64,000 nt of DNA from Octopus sinensis (Eukaryota). This document shows, one piece after another, positions 24,574 to 38,900 of this stretch. Both the position numbers and the translations under genes were made by a program. Numbering within the stretch: the first letter of the stretch is position 1; every line of letters starts with the position of its first letter. The notes beneath the pieces were generated by a model. The model saw only the letters and a program-made list of their open reading frames with translations. It was not told the origin of the DNA and searched no databases. The stretch is taken from positions 103,726,001 through 103,790,000 of the forward strand of contig NC_043003.1 of assembly GCF_006345805.1 (NCBI RefSeq). The letters are read 5' to 3'.

Positions 24574-27500
24574 AATGAAAGACGGAAGATGGAATATACG
24601 AGAATTTATTATTAATCTTGACAATTGCTTTGATGCATTTACCATCGATTCCTCTTGGGTGGGACACCCAACAAGTGGTTCAGGAGCATCCGGTGGTGCA
24701 GATGTATCTCGTTGGGTGATAAATAAATATAACTCATTAAAATAACTGTTCTGCAATGTAACTTCTCCTTTTGTAGAAAGGAAAGCAGTCAGACGGAGGA
24801 AATATCTTCATTTATATAGAAGATCGAAAATAAAATCACAGATGGCAAAAAGAGAAATGAACATACAATCTAGCAAGAAAAGTATCTAAAGTGACCCTTA
24901 ACAAATATGGATGTATAAACGCCCTTGGGCAAGCTATGTGGCGTGAGTACACTCACTCATACAAGCATTTGCAAAAATGTGAACATACACACACACGTGA
25001 GGTTTGGTACACTCATGATCACAAAGCGAGTTAGCTGTCTACTTGGTGTTTGTAAGAATGGGGAGGTTAAAAGTAAACTTAAGTCATCCATACCTTAAAG
25101 TAAATCAAATTATGTTAACGGTTACTCAAAATTCATTCCCACTGTATTGTGCGAAAGTACATTTATATGCATGTAGGCATCTTGAGAGTCGTTCAGAAAT
25201 TCTGTTAATGATCTCGTTAGTCCACAAAATAGACAGGGATTCTTCGGAGCAGAGACAGCATCTTCTGGAGATTATATTATATGGTTTTGCATACCTTACT
25301 ATGGATCATTTAATGCTGTACTTCATCTTATCCTCCTTCAGTCGCCATACAAAATCTGCCAAAGATGTTGAATGTCTCTTATTGATTGTATTAAAGCTGG
25401 CAACATGATTATGATAACAATTCTTATATACACACACACACACAAATGTCACTAAATGTGACTAGAGTGTTAGGAAACAGCCACATTGCTAGAAATAAGA
25501 GCTAAACCGCTCTAATGCTGTTTAGCGGTTTAATTCTTATTTCTAGCAATGTAAGTGTTTCCTAACACCCTAGTCACATTTAGTGACATTTGTATTTAAG
25601 TTAGAGGGCTTGCACTTTCTATGGTCATTGAAAACTGTCCAAGGGTGGTCATGCACATCTTTACATTTCCCCAATCACCCCGCAAAGCCATTAAAAAATC
25701 AATAGAAGTTACTTTTTTGTGAATTTTCTATCCCAAACCCAATCAAAATGCCCGAAACTTAATACACCAATTGAATGCCAGTTAGCTGTATGTGATTGGT
25801 CAGAGATTTGGACAGTACTCGCGTGTATGTGCGCATGCACGCAGCTGTGCTAGTATTCATATAAAGGAAGAGGAAGAAAATGGAGATTGTGAAGTTAATA
25901 AGAGTTTATTATTAACAACAAATCAAACACCATCCCTTACACCTGTTTCAATTATACACAGTGAATTAATTAAATATTAAGTTCATATTTCTGAACATAA
26001 TATCTTCAGAAAGAACAAAAATATACCAAAATGTGTATGTATATGGATACATGGATGTATATGTCAGTGTGCATATGTATTAATGTATTCATGCATATAC
26101 ATATATGTACATAAGTGTATATATATATGTATGTGTGATGATATGTATGTGCGTGTGGATGTATATATGTGTGTAAATATATGCGAACGTCTGTGTCTGT
26201 ACGTATATATATATAGCACGGATGAATGTATGTATCCATGTATATACGTACATGTGCCTTATATATATAATGGTAAAGTATTGCTAAGGGTGCATGAGTA
26301 GGGAGTTCACATGAATGTGAAGAAGGGAGAGAGTGCAGTGGCTGGTGAAACCTAGGTAAATAGAGTGAGGGACAACAGGATAATATTGATACTGTGGGCA
26401 GGGCAGTGAGGACAGGCTTGGGCTGCAAAAGTGGAGAGAAAGAGAGATAAGTATAGCGCATGAAAAAAAAATAAATGTGGGTAAGAGGTGAAGGGGAAAT
26501 GTAGTTTGGTTTAGTTGAGTAGGGTGTGTGAAAAATTTTACGCATCACTTCCAGAACTCAATTTTGCTGAAGTGGGCAGGTCTTCTCAAGAAGCTCATAA
26601 TGCCAGACACCTTGGTCCATTGTCATCTCCTCCATCATCATTTTTTTGTTTCAATGTCTATTTTTCCATTCTTGCATGTGTTAAACAGCTTATTGAGGCA
26701 GATTTTCCATGACTGGATACCTTTCCTTTTGCCTACCCTCATCTGTTTCCAAGCAAGTTAATGGTTCCACACAACCAGCCATGTTTCCGCAGAATATTGG
26801 AAAGGAATAGCACTGCTTGTATGACAGCTAACACTCGTTTACAGCTACCAAAATCAAGAGAGACAAATGCAACTAGCGCTCCTTTGGTTGCTACAATGAC
26901 AAGTATTCCACTTGTTCCGATGAATGAAACAGCCTGCTCTGGAAATTAATGCTCAAGTGTCTGAGCATACCCTTAACATAGCTCTCAGGGAAATTCAGTG
27001 TGGTACAGAATGTGACAAGGCTAGCCCTTTGAATCTCAAGTACAACTCGTTTTTGCCAGCTGAGTGGACTGGAGCTAAGGAGCAACATAAGTAAAGTGTC
27101 TTGTTCAAGGAAGCAACATGCCACCAGGAATCAAACTCACAACTTTATGATCATGACCTGAATACCCTAATCACCAAGCCATGTGCCTTCACAGAGCCAA
27201 AAAACACTCCCCCTACACACAAATAATAATAATTATTATTTTTATTTTTTTCTTCTTCACATTTTGGCACAAGGCCAACATTTTTGGGGGAGAGGGTCTT
27301 TTGAACCCAAAAATATGAAAGGCAAGGTGAACCTTGGCAGAATTTGGGCTATAGTAGGAGACACTTTCCCAAGGTATCACATAGTTGGACTAAAAAACCC
27401 AAATCCATATAGTTGTGAAGCAAACTTCTTAACCACATAACCATGCCTACACACACACACACACACATATATGGGTAGTATTTAATGTGCAAATTAACAT

Positions 27501-27971
27501 CAAATTTTAACGGAAGTTTTAATTTAAATCACTTTAACCCTTTTGTTATCATATTTCTTAAAAAAAAATACCTTTGTCTCTATTAATTGTGGGAATGATG
27601 AAAAATTTAGTAGAATACCTTTGTCTTAATTAGTTGGTATTTGGAATGTAAGCTGACATGAAAATTTTAATGGAAAGTTTGATTTAGATTACTTTAAAAC
27701 AGGACATTTGTATTATGGAACCAGAGATTTTTATCAGACAAGCTGGCATCAAAAGGGTTAAGTAAAGGATTTAAAAAATCCCAGATGTCTTTGAAAGCAC
27801 AGAATAATCAGTTATAATGTTAACAAGGAATATGAATATCTTCACATCATCACCATTTCACTCAAGCAGTGACATGTATGAAATAATAACTTTCATACAC
27901 ATCTGTGTGCACATGCACACACACACACTTGATGGGTTTCCTGCAGTTTCCATCTACCACTTTAACTCATA

Positions 27972-28014
<43 letters not shown>

Positions 28015-31000
28015 TTTAGTGATGCAAACTGGAAAAATAGAACTCAAAACATGAGTATGTACTCTCTTTTACTTGTTTCAGTCATTTGACTGCGGCCATG
28101 CTGGAGCACTGCCTTTAGTCGAGCAAATCGACCCCGGGACTTATTCTTTGTAAGCCCAGTACTTATTCTATTGGTCTCTTTTGCCGAACCGCTAAGTGAC
28201 GGGGACGTAAACACACCAGCATCGGTTGTCAAGCAATGCTAGGGGGACAAACACAGACACACAAACACACACACACATACATATATATATACATATATAC
28301 GACAGGCTTCTTTCAGTTTCCGTCTACCAAATCCACTCACAAGGCATTGGTCGGCCCGGGGCTATAGCAGAAGACACTTGCCCAAGATGCCACGCAGTGG
28401 GAGTGAACCCGGAACCCTGTGGTTGGTTAGCAAGCTACTTACCACACAGCCACTCCTGCGCCTATATGTATATTTTTTATTAATATTTAGTAAAAGCAAC
28501 AGAGTGACTCACCCCTTGGTTTCAAATTTTGGTATGGGGCCAACAGTTTTGGGAGAGGGCTTAGTCAATTACATCAACCCCTGTGCTGTCAACCTCAAAA
28601 GGATGAAAGGCAAAATCAACTTCAGTGGAATCGAAACGCAGAATGTGCAGATGGATGAAATGCCATTACGCATTTTGCCTGGTCTGCAAATGATTCTGCA
28701 ACCCCGCCAACTTAAATCTGTAATGATGGTACAAATTTTAGCACAAGGCCAGCAATTTTGAGGGAGGAGTAAGTCAATTACATTAATCCCAGTGTTCAGT
28801 GGGTAACTTATCTTCATCATGTAAGGGTGCTTCTCTGCATATGTTCATTCTACTAGAAATAGCAGTTGAATCTCTCTCAAATCACATCCTACCATCTTAA
28901 AAGGACACATCAGATAATGTGGTCCTGAATGTACTATGTCTGAATAAAAGATGAGGTGGTCAGCCCTGATTTGAGAGTAAACCACATCAATAACCATTTC
29001 CCTTCAGCCACTAGCTGTCTAAAGTTCCATCACAACTGTTGAAGTACATAAGCAGGTCCCTCCATATTTCCAGACCAGACTTCACTCATGGCATCACCAC
29101 TATTGAAACTGTTTAGAAGCAGTGTATTAATGTTGTGGTATATTTTCTCTCTAGGAATGAACCCTTGACCCCTGCTGAAACACCACCCATTCATACAGCA
29201 GATGCAGACCTGCCATCGTTCCTGTAAGTAGAGCTGAATGAACTATGTTTTATTAACCAGCTAGGGTATTATTACAGTATACACGGTCAAGGCTGTATGT
29301 AGACATGATTGTCAAAGGTGTGTGCTTGCTTAAATACTTTTACAATAACAAATAATACTACTGTTTAACACATTTTTTGTCCTTGGGTAGCAGCTGTTAT
29401 TTCCTATTTGCTTACCCTTAAAAATTATGAAAAATGGCTATTTTGATCAACTTTTGCATTTGTTATATTTATTCCGACCCCAAAGAATCCCTCAACGTAT
29501 GGCTATGATGTTCCCTCATTACTCTTGCTTGTGATGCGCATATTATCAACCACTAAGGGACATGCTCAAGTGGTTAAGATCAAGCAAATCTGTTGTCCTA
29601 AGCAGAATATTTGCTTTAACAATGTTTCTACTTCAACAACTCAGCAGTGAATTTGTGTGAAATGTAATGGAAAACCCTTCAGTTTCAAAACAAATGCGAA
29701 ATTTGAAGGGAATAGTAGTTGTTTCTTTATATTTGTAGATAGAAACAAATAGGAAATAACACTTACTGACCAAAGATATAAAAAAATAAAAATAAAAGAT
29801 AAAACTTTGTTACACAGTGTAATCATTTGTGATCTGTTTGCAGAAAGAGATAGACAGAAGAAGACGAAAAATTATGTGCTTACTTCTCAGAGCTGTATGT
29901 AGATAGGGTGGCATAAAAGGCATATGCTGATGGTGGAAGATATTTGTGACATAGGAAGAGGGCACATAAAAAGCACCATCTGAACGTGGCCGTTGCCAGT
30001 GCCGCCCCGACTGGCTTCTGAGCCGGTGGCACATAAAAAGCACCATCCGAACGTGGCACATAAAAAGCTCCAACCGATCATGGCCGATGCCGGAGCCCCC
30101 TAGCACCTGTGCAGGTGGCACGTAAAAAGCACCCACTACACTCGCGGAGTGGTTGGCGTTAGGAAGGGCATCCAGCTGTAGAAACTCTGCCAGATCAGAC
30201 TGGAGCCTGGTGCAGCCCCTGGCTTCCCAGACCCCGGTCGAACCATCCAACCCGTGCTAGCGCGGAAAACGGACGTTAAACGATGATGAGGGAGAAATAA
30301 TAAGGTTTTTTTCTCAGAATGTTGGATTTCACTGATGAGGTGATGGTACTAACTAGGATGAGTGCTAATGTGACATATTTTAACATTTTCTTCTCATACT
30401 GTTTAACTCATAACAGTATAGAAAATGGATGTGATAGCAAGTGGAGTGGTGATGGTAATGCCATTGCTGTTGACTTTCATGAATATTATTATTGTTTTTA
30501 GAGGTATTTCGTGTGATTGGGGTGGGGCAGAGTAGAGATAAAAATAACAGTGATGAGACAGCTGTAATGACATGCATAAGATCTGGTCATCAAATCTAAG
30601 TAGAGATTTCAAACTTAAAATCTTCAAAGCCACAGTCGAACCAATTCTACTATATGGCTCAGAAACCTGGACGTTATCAAAGAAGCTTGAGAGGCGGTTG
30701 GATAGAACTTACATTCGTCTCCTTATGAGAGCTCAAAATCTCTTGTGGAAGCGTCATCCAACCAAAGTACAAATATATGGGAAACTACCACCTGTATCAT
30801 CTCTTGTGAAAGGTAGAAGAGTCCAGTTTGCTGGACATTGTTGTAGAGCTGAAAATGAGGTAATTTCTACTCTTCTCCTCTGGAAGCCATCTGCTCGCGA
30901 TACCGGAGGGCGCACACTCTCCTACCCTGATGTAATCTCCAGGGATACAGGCATCCAGCAACAGAACCTCCGTAATGCTATGATGGACCATGAAGTCTGG

Positions 31001-32946
31001 CGTAACATAGTAAATTCCATTGTCTCGACCACGGTCAAACAATGATGATGATGATGGGCCCCTCAGTGTATAGGGTGAGTAAAAATGAATGGAGCAGAAG
31101 AGCCAGGAATGTGTATGGGTCGATGTTGCAAGCATATATACGAAAGTAAGGTGTGAGGAATGGGGGAAGCAGTGAGTATGATGAATGAAGAACAAGTATT
31201 GAGTGGATGATGAGAAGAGAAGGTGGGGAAGTGTAGGTGACAACTGGAAGGGTTGAAGGGGTGGATAAATGATGGATGAGTGGATTCTGTCTCTAATTAA
31301 AATAAAGCTTGCATGGGAAAATGAAACACAAAAAGGTATCACCAGGTTTTTCTTAATCTTTTAATCCAGGAAGAAGGGCAATGCTCAAGGCCTGTGAGAG
31401 ACAGAGGAAGGTATCCTCCAACCAGAAGCCTTGGTGGACTCGGCTAAAAGCATCCAAGGTGCTGGGCAGCAGATTAAATCTTCTATTCAAGTGAAAAAAA
31501 AAAAGATAGGATAAAGATCCTTCCCAAGTCATATAGACTCATTGGGTCAGTTTCTGTGGTGTATGTTCCCCACTTGGACAGGGCACTAGTCTTTCGCAGG
31601 ATTACTCATTTTTGTCAGCTGAATGAACTGGAGTAATGTGAAATGAAATATCAATTGTTAAATCGCCAGAGCAAATATTGCAAGTTATCTTTCAAACATT
31701 TTAACAATACTGCCAGTTCGCTGCCATAATAATAATATTCATTTTAGACGCAGATGTTCTGGGTTCATTCCTACTGTATGGCACATTGGGCAAGTGTCTT
31801 CTACTATAGACCTGGATTGACCAAAGCCTTGTGAGTGGATTTGTTAGTTGGATACTGAAAAAGGCCCATCACCTGTGTATGTGTTTTGTCTTGACATTGT
31901 GTCGTACAAGTGGTGTTGTTCATTTTTAATATTCTGTGGAAACCTGTTTGCCATGGGGAAATATTACCTTGCTTAGAAATAGGTGAAAGTTGGCAACAAG
32001 AAGGGCATCAAGCTGTAGAAAATCTGCCTCAAATAAACTCTGTCTGACCCATGCATACATGGAAGCGGTCTTTAATTATTATTATTATTCTGTTCTATAT
32101 TTTAGAGATGAAGAATTCTGTACATTATTTACATTGGATGGATATTTGTCCTCATCTGGTTTGTTGTTACCATAGTGTTTCAGCAGATTTACTCTCCAGC
32201 CTTCATCAGGTGTCCTGGTAGAATTCTGAACCCAACCCTGGGTTCTTGTTCCTAAGGTATTTTTTTGCTGATGTTATTATTTTTTCATTCAAGGTACTGT
32301 CTGGAATTGAATTGGAATCTTAGGGGTTAGTAGCCTGCACTTTTAACCATTACACTTGAATAAATAATAATAATATAATAATAATAATAATAACATCAGC
32401 AAAAAAACATACCTTAGGAATGAGAACCCAGGGTTGGGTTCAGAATTCTACCAGGACACCTGATGAAGGCTGGAGAGTAAATCAGCCGAAACATTGTGGT
32501 AACATCAAAGAAGATGAGGAAACATATCCATCCAATATAAATAATGATTATTATTATTATTATTTGTACATAGTCATAAATACAAAAACGGTTTATAGAC
32601 AATATGTAGTAACTTCTGTGGTTTTGGTCTACTTTCAGGAAGGACCAGGCCTACCCTATCAAATGTCCACCTTTCTGTAACAAATGCTGCACCAACAAAC
32701 ACAGCAAACTACTTTTAGCTCTTCTTAACTGTGATGACAGTACTGACGACTTTAAGGAGTCAGTTTCTTTCAAGAATTTCCTGAACACTATTAATTATTA
32801 TGAGGTTGGTATCATTTCTGAGGTATTCAATTTTGTCATACTCTTTTTCCTTCTGAATACCTCTGACTCTCTTTATCTCTCTCTGTCTGGCTGTCCATTT
32901 ATGTATGTATGTATCTATCTCTGTCTGTCTGTCTCTCTCTCTGCGC

Positions 32947-32980
<34 letters not shown>

Positions 32981-35900
32981 ATTAAGGCGGTGAGCTGGCA
33001 GAAACGTTAGCACGCCAGGCGAAATGCGTAGCCGTATTTCGTCTGTCGTTACGTTCCGAGTTCAAATTCTGCTGAGGTCGACTTTGACTTTCATCCTTTC
33101 GGGGTCGATAAATTAAGTACCAGTTATGCACTGGGGTCTAATCGATTTAATCCCTTTGTCTGTCCTTATTTGTCCCCTCTATGTTTAGCCCCTTGTGGGC
33201 AGTAAAGAAATATATATATATACATAGTGAAACCACATGGCTTAGTAGTCAGGGTGTTGCACGCAGGATTGTGAGATCATGGTTTCAATCCCCAGATCAG
33301 GTGTTGCGTTGTGTTCTTGAGTAAACTATTTCATTTCACATTGCTCTGTGATCATTTTTTCATCGGACATGTGGCACATTGTGCACCTGTACAGGTAATG
33401 TCCATTTGATGGAGAGAGTGAGTTTACGTGAACACAAACATTTGATCACTATAAACGAATCACATGTGGTTATTCAGTAAGAAATTACAGAACCTGCAGA
33501 CATTATTCTCATTTTCTCACTCTCGTGGTTTTAAGGTCAGATTAATAAGCTTCATAATGACCCCACTAAACTGAAATCATCATGATTTAATGTCTGTTAT
33601 CCATGCTGGGCATGGGTTGGATGGTTGACCTGAGCTGGCAAGCTGGAAGACTGCACCAGACTCCATTCTGATTTGACATGGTTTCTACGGCTGGATGCCC
33701 TTCCTAATGCCAACCACTCCAAGAGTGTAATGGGTGCTTTTATGTGCCACTGGCACAGGTGCCATTTGCATGACACCAGTATCTGCCACAACTGTGATTT
33801 TACTTGGCTTGATGGGTTTTCTTCTGAAGCACAGCGTAATGCCAAAGATCTCGGTCATTGGACATTGCCTCCGTGAGAGCCACACTCGAAAGGTGCTTTT
33901 CACAAGCCACTGGCATCAGTCACCTTGTCTCCGTGGGGCCCAATGTTTGAAAGATGCTTTTTACATGACATCAGCATTGGCCACGGCTGTGATTTCACTT
34001 GGCTTCACAAGTCTTCTCAAGCACAGCGTATCACTAAAGGTCTCGGTCACAATCATCATTCTTTATTTAACAGATAGCCAATTGTCAAAATTATCAGTAA
34101 ATTAATTACCTATTTATTAAACAATTGATTTTTTTTTTTTTTTTTCAGAAAAAGAACTGGAGGAGAAATTCAGCCATATTTGATGTGAATCCCGAATATC
34201 GATACCCTTTGATGCACTGGGCAGCAATTCTTAGTAAGTTTCAGTTTTGATCTTACTTCCAGTGTAGAGAATGCAAAGAGCAGTAGCTCTGCTAAAAGCT
34301 GTCATCCTTATTACTCTGTTGTTTAACCATTAAGCCTCTCAGCTAGCTTGCTGATTGTTGTAAGAGCATCAGATATGACCAGAAAAATTCAAAAGCCCGT
34401 CTGATTTTTTGAATTTTTAATTTGAGAGCTGATAAGTTCTTTGGAAATTTAATTGCAGCAAAATAACTAACCTAATAGAGGTTACTTCATTAGTTCATTC
34501 TTTATTCATTAATCAAAATCCTTTGTATAATGATATTTGATTTTTTTTTAATAGGTAAATTAAACATTTTGAAGTGGTTGGCATCTGCAGGTTATAACAT
34601 AAATGTTCTACACACCAACACAGGAGACACTGCCTTGCATCGAGTCTTGCTGTGTATCAGGGCAATACGTTTAAATAATCCTGTAATGGTGAAGAAATTT
34701 CCTCAGATTCTTGAAATTCTGGAACCGAATTTAAAAATTAAAAACAGGGCAGGTTTAACACCATTCCTCACAAGCTGTGAGACCGTTGGCATGGATGGTC
34801 GAGCACATTACCGAAATGTTGATCTTCTTAGAGACATCTTGAACTTTGCTAAAGAGCGCCCAGGTGAGTTCTATAAATACAATCCTACACAGTTTTGTTT
34901 GTGTATGTGTTTGTGTGAACATACATGTGCATTTCTGTGTGTGTGTTGTGTGTGTGTGTGTGTGTGTGTGTGCGCACTTGCAAGCAAACTTTTGGACATA
35001 TGTTATTGCTGAAAACTTAATACATGTTAATGTAGTTATGGCTGTGTGGGCCTCTTAGACAAGTGTCTTCTACTATAGCTTCAGGCTAGACAAAGCTGTA
35101 TGAGTAGATATGGTAGACAGAAACTGAAAGAAGCCCATTGTGTGTACATATGTATGTATATATGTGTGTGTTTGTATGCATATATATGTATATATCATCA
35201 TCATTTAACATCCATGTTCCATGCTGGCATGGATTGGATGGCTTGACAGGATTTGATACATGACTGTCTTGAGCACCAATTTCTGCTTTGGCATCGTATT
35301 TACACCTTGATGTCCTTCCTAATGCTAACTACTTTACAGCATGGACTATATACATGCATATGTATAAAAAGTACTCATGCTGGTGTCACGTAAAAAGTAC
35401 ACAGTACGCTCTGTAGAGTGGTTGGCATTAAGAAGGGTATCCAGCCATAGAAGCCATGCCAGAGCAGAGAATGGAGCCTGGTTTTCTAGCTCTGGTCAAA
35501 CTGTCCAACCCATGCCAGCATGGAAAAACGGATGTTAAATGGTGATGATGATGACAAGAAGGACGACAATGATGCAGCAATGTCCCGTGTGTTGTTCTTT
35601 ATTTTAGACAGTAGGGTGTGTTATAAGGATGGTTTGCCTGCTAGTTGTAGCAACTCAACGTACTATATAGAGGCTCCTTCGTTGTGCCGAGAGAAAAGGA
35701 GACAGAAACAATGAAAGAAAAGAAAGAAAGAGTGAATCATTTTATCTAATAAAAATCAAGTTTATACTATTTGTAACATACATACGTTGAAAATGTTAGC
35801 TGAAGTAAACTGTCTAGGGGTGTGATTGGCATTAGGAAGGGCATCCAACCATAGAAACTCTGCCAGATCATGATTGGAGCCTGGTGCAGCCATCTGGTTC

Positions 35901-38900
35901 GCCAGCCCTCAGTCATTCGTCCAACCCATGCTAGCATGGAAAGTGGACGTTAAATGATGATTATGATGATGATGATGATGATTGATTTACTAAAATCACC
36001 TTGAACTATCTAGGGGTGTGGTTGGCATTAGGAAGGGCATTCAGCTGTAAACTATCTATCCATAAACTATCTAGGAGTGTGGTTCGTTAGGAAGGGCATC
36101 CAGCTGTAGAAACTCTGCCAGATCAAGATTGGAGCCTGGTACAGCCATCTGGTTCGCCAGCCCTCAGTCATTCGTCCAACCCATGCTAGCATGGAAAGCA
36201 GACGTTAAACGATGATGATGATGATTGATTTACTAAAATCACCGTGAAACTAAATCTTACAAAGCAACTGTTATGTTATATTGCTGTAAGGATACGGCAG
36301 ACAGCATGGCAGTCATTTATAAGCTTGTGTGACATGGTTGCTTGTATAATGTCCATGTTTTCATTAATTATTTTAGGTGCCTGTGTAGTCACAAGCAGAC
36401 ATAGATACTCTCTTGTCTCACCCCCCCCCACTGACTTAGCAGAACAGCAAGTGGTGGCGGTTGCAGAGGAAGTGTGCTGCACAAGTATTTGGCTGATACT
36501 CAATATCAGCTAAGTGGATAGGAGCATCGAGAAATAATGTACCTGGTTCAAGAGCAGAGCAAGCTGCTCAGATATTGAACGTAGATAGAGAAGCTGGAGA
36601 GAAATGAAGAAAGCATTATCCATTTTTGTGTACTATTATGTGAAAGGTGGAGCATTATGTTGATGTTGTGCCCTGGAGAGACATGTAGAGTAATATGTGA
36701 ATGGCATGTGTGGATTATGTCTGTTGGGTGAGAAAATGCTATTTATTCATAATAGAAGAGAAATTAACTTACCAGGTTAGTGTTACTAGAGTAAAAGTGA
36801 CTAAACTAGGACTACTGGAGCCAAACTGACCAGACTGAGGGTAATGATGATGATGATGATGATGGTAATGATAGTGGTGAGGATGAAGATGATGATGATG
36901 ATAGTGATGATGATTTGTTTCTCTATTACATCTACAGGATTACTGAATATTTTGTTCAATCAGCAGACAAAACATGGGCAGAGTGCTCTCCATTTGATTG
37001 CTCTGAATGATAAGGCATTAGGGGCAATGAAAATGTTGGTGGCTGCTGGAGCTAACGTGCAGTGTTTAAACAAAGAGGTAAGCAACACCTTTCCCCCCTC
37101 CCCTCTATTGCTTCTTCTCCACTATCTTCCCCAGTACACACTTCTCACCACCACCATTTTTCTCTGTTTTATTTCTCTTTTGGTTTTGTTGAATGTCAGA
37201 TAGGAGGAGGTTAAGGTCGAGTGAGGTCGTTGCCAGTACCGCCTGAGTGGCACGTAAAAGTCACCCACTACACTCTCGGAGTGGTTGGCGTTAGGAAGGG
37301 CATCCAGCTGTAGAAACTCTGTCAGATCAGACTGGGCCTGGTGCAGCCTTCTGGCTTCCCAGACCCCAGTTGAACCATCCAACCCATGCTAACATGGAAA
37401 GCGGATGTTAAACGACGACGACAACGATGATGAGGGACAGTGGATGCCTAGTGACCACTTTCTTCATCTCACTTTACCCCTTTCATTGTTATTTTTGTCA
37501 CTGTTTCCTCCCCCTTTCTCTGTCAGTATTCTCGCTCTGCTCATCTCCATTTGTCTTTGCTAATAAAGAAATCTGTAGTTGCATAACAGTGTCAAGGCTA
37601 CGTTTGGCTCAACGATAAGTGACAACTGTTCAGGCATATCTGGGTATTCTGCTTTATTCTTAACTAAGACACGTAACCTATTAGCTCAGTCCACTTAGCT
37701 GTAAATAGGTATCATGTGAAGGTACGGTCTGCTACTAGTGGCAGCAGAAACAGCAGTGGCACTGTTGTTGACCAGTGGTTCGTTAACTTAAAGTGCTTCA
37801 GTGAGATCCTGTTCTGCTAATTTGAGATTTACCACCAGCAGTGTTGTACTGTTCAGACTCACATCACAACTTGCTCCCTGGGTGTTTTTAGTAGAGTCCA
37901 GTCTGTTGCAAACACGCAGGCTAGGTTTCCAGTCCAAGACAACTTACTCCCTTCCTCCGATCATTCATGTAGGCTCCAAAAAAGGGATCATTGGCAATGG
38001 TGCTTCTCTTCTGATCTCTGACCTACTGAATATAATATATCACCAATGATAGTGTACTACAACAGAATATATTTTGTCTTTTATTCACTTGACATTTTTT
38101 CAAAACGATACGGCATGGTTCAAGGATATTCTTCTGACAAGACAGGATGGAATGCAGTGGTTGTTGATCCACCTTATCACAGCTGATCTGAGGTTTAACG
38201 GAAACAAAGAAGTATCTATGCAGTCAATTGGCATGATAGAAACAACAATCAAATCACACCATATCATTCTGAAATGTCAATTAATTAAAAAATAGTTTTA
38301 TACATTCTGTTATAATATATTACCACTGTTAAGGTAGCAAGCTGGCAGAACCGTTAGCACGCCGTTACGTTCTGAGTTCAAATTCCGCCGAGGTCGACTT
38401 TGCCTTTCATCCTTTTGGGGTCGATAAATTAAGTACCAGTTGCGTACTGGGGTTAATCTAGTTGACTAGCCCCGCCCCAAAAATTTTGGGCCTTGTGCCT
38501 AGAGTAGATAAGAATATATTACCAATGTTAGTATACTACCATTGGTAGTAGCGTTGTATTAGTAGTAGTAGTATACCACCACTGGTTGTATTTTACCTTG
38601 AGCAAGACGATTATTTCATGTTGCTCCAATCCACTCAGCTGGCAAAAATGAGTTGTATTTGTGATTCAAAGGGCTAACCTTATCACATTCTGTATCATGC
38701 TGAATCTCTCTGAGATGTACGTTAAGGGTACATGTGTCTGTGGAATACTCAGCCACTTGCACATTAATTTCATGAGCAGGCTGTTCCATTAATCGGATCA
38801 ACTGGAGCCCTTGTTGAAACCAACAAAGTGCCAGTTATAATTATTTGAGGATTATCTCACCAGTAGTAATATTCTACCTCGTACCACCAGTGGTAATATA

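Noticed and set aside
26543-26580. Candidate exon TTCCAG|AACTC..GGGCAG|GT between exons 2 and 3
   Set aside because: It has a stop codon in the required phase and a poor donor; the gene model closes without it.
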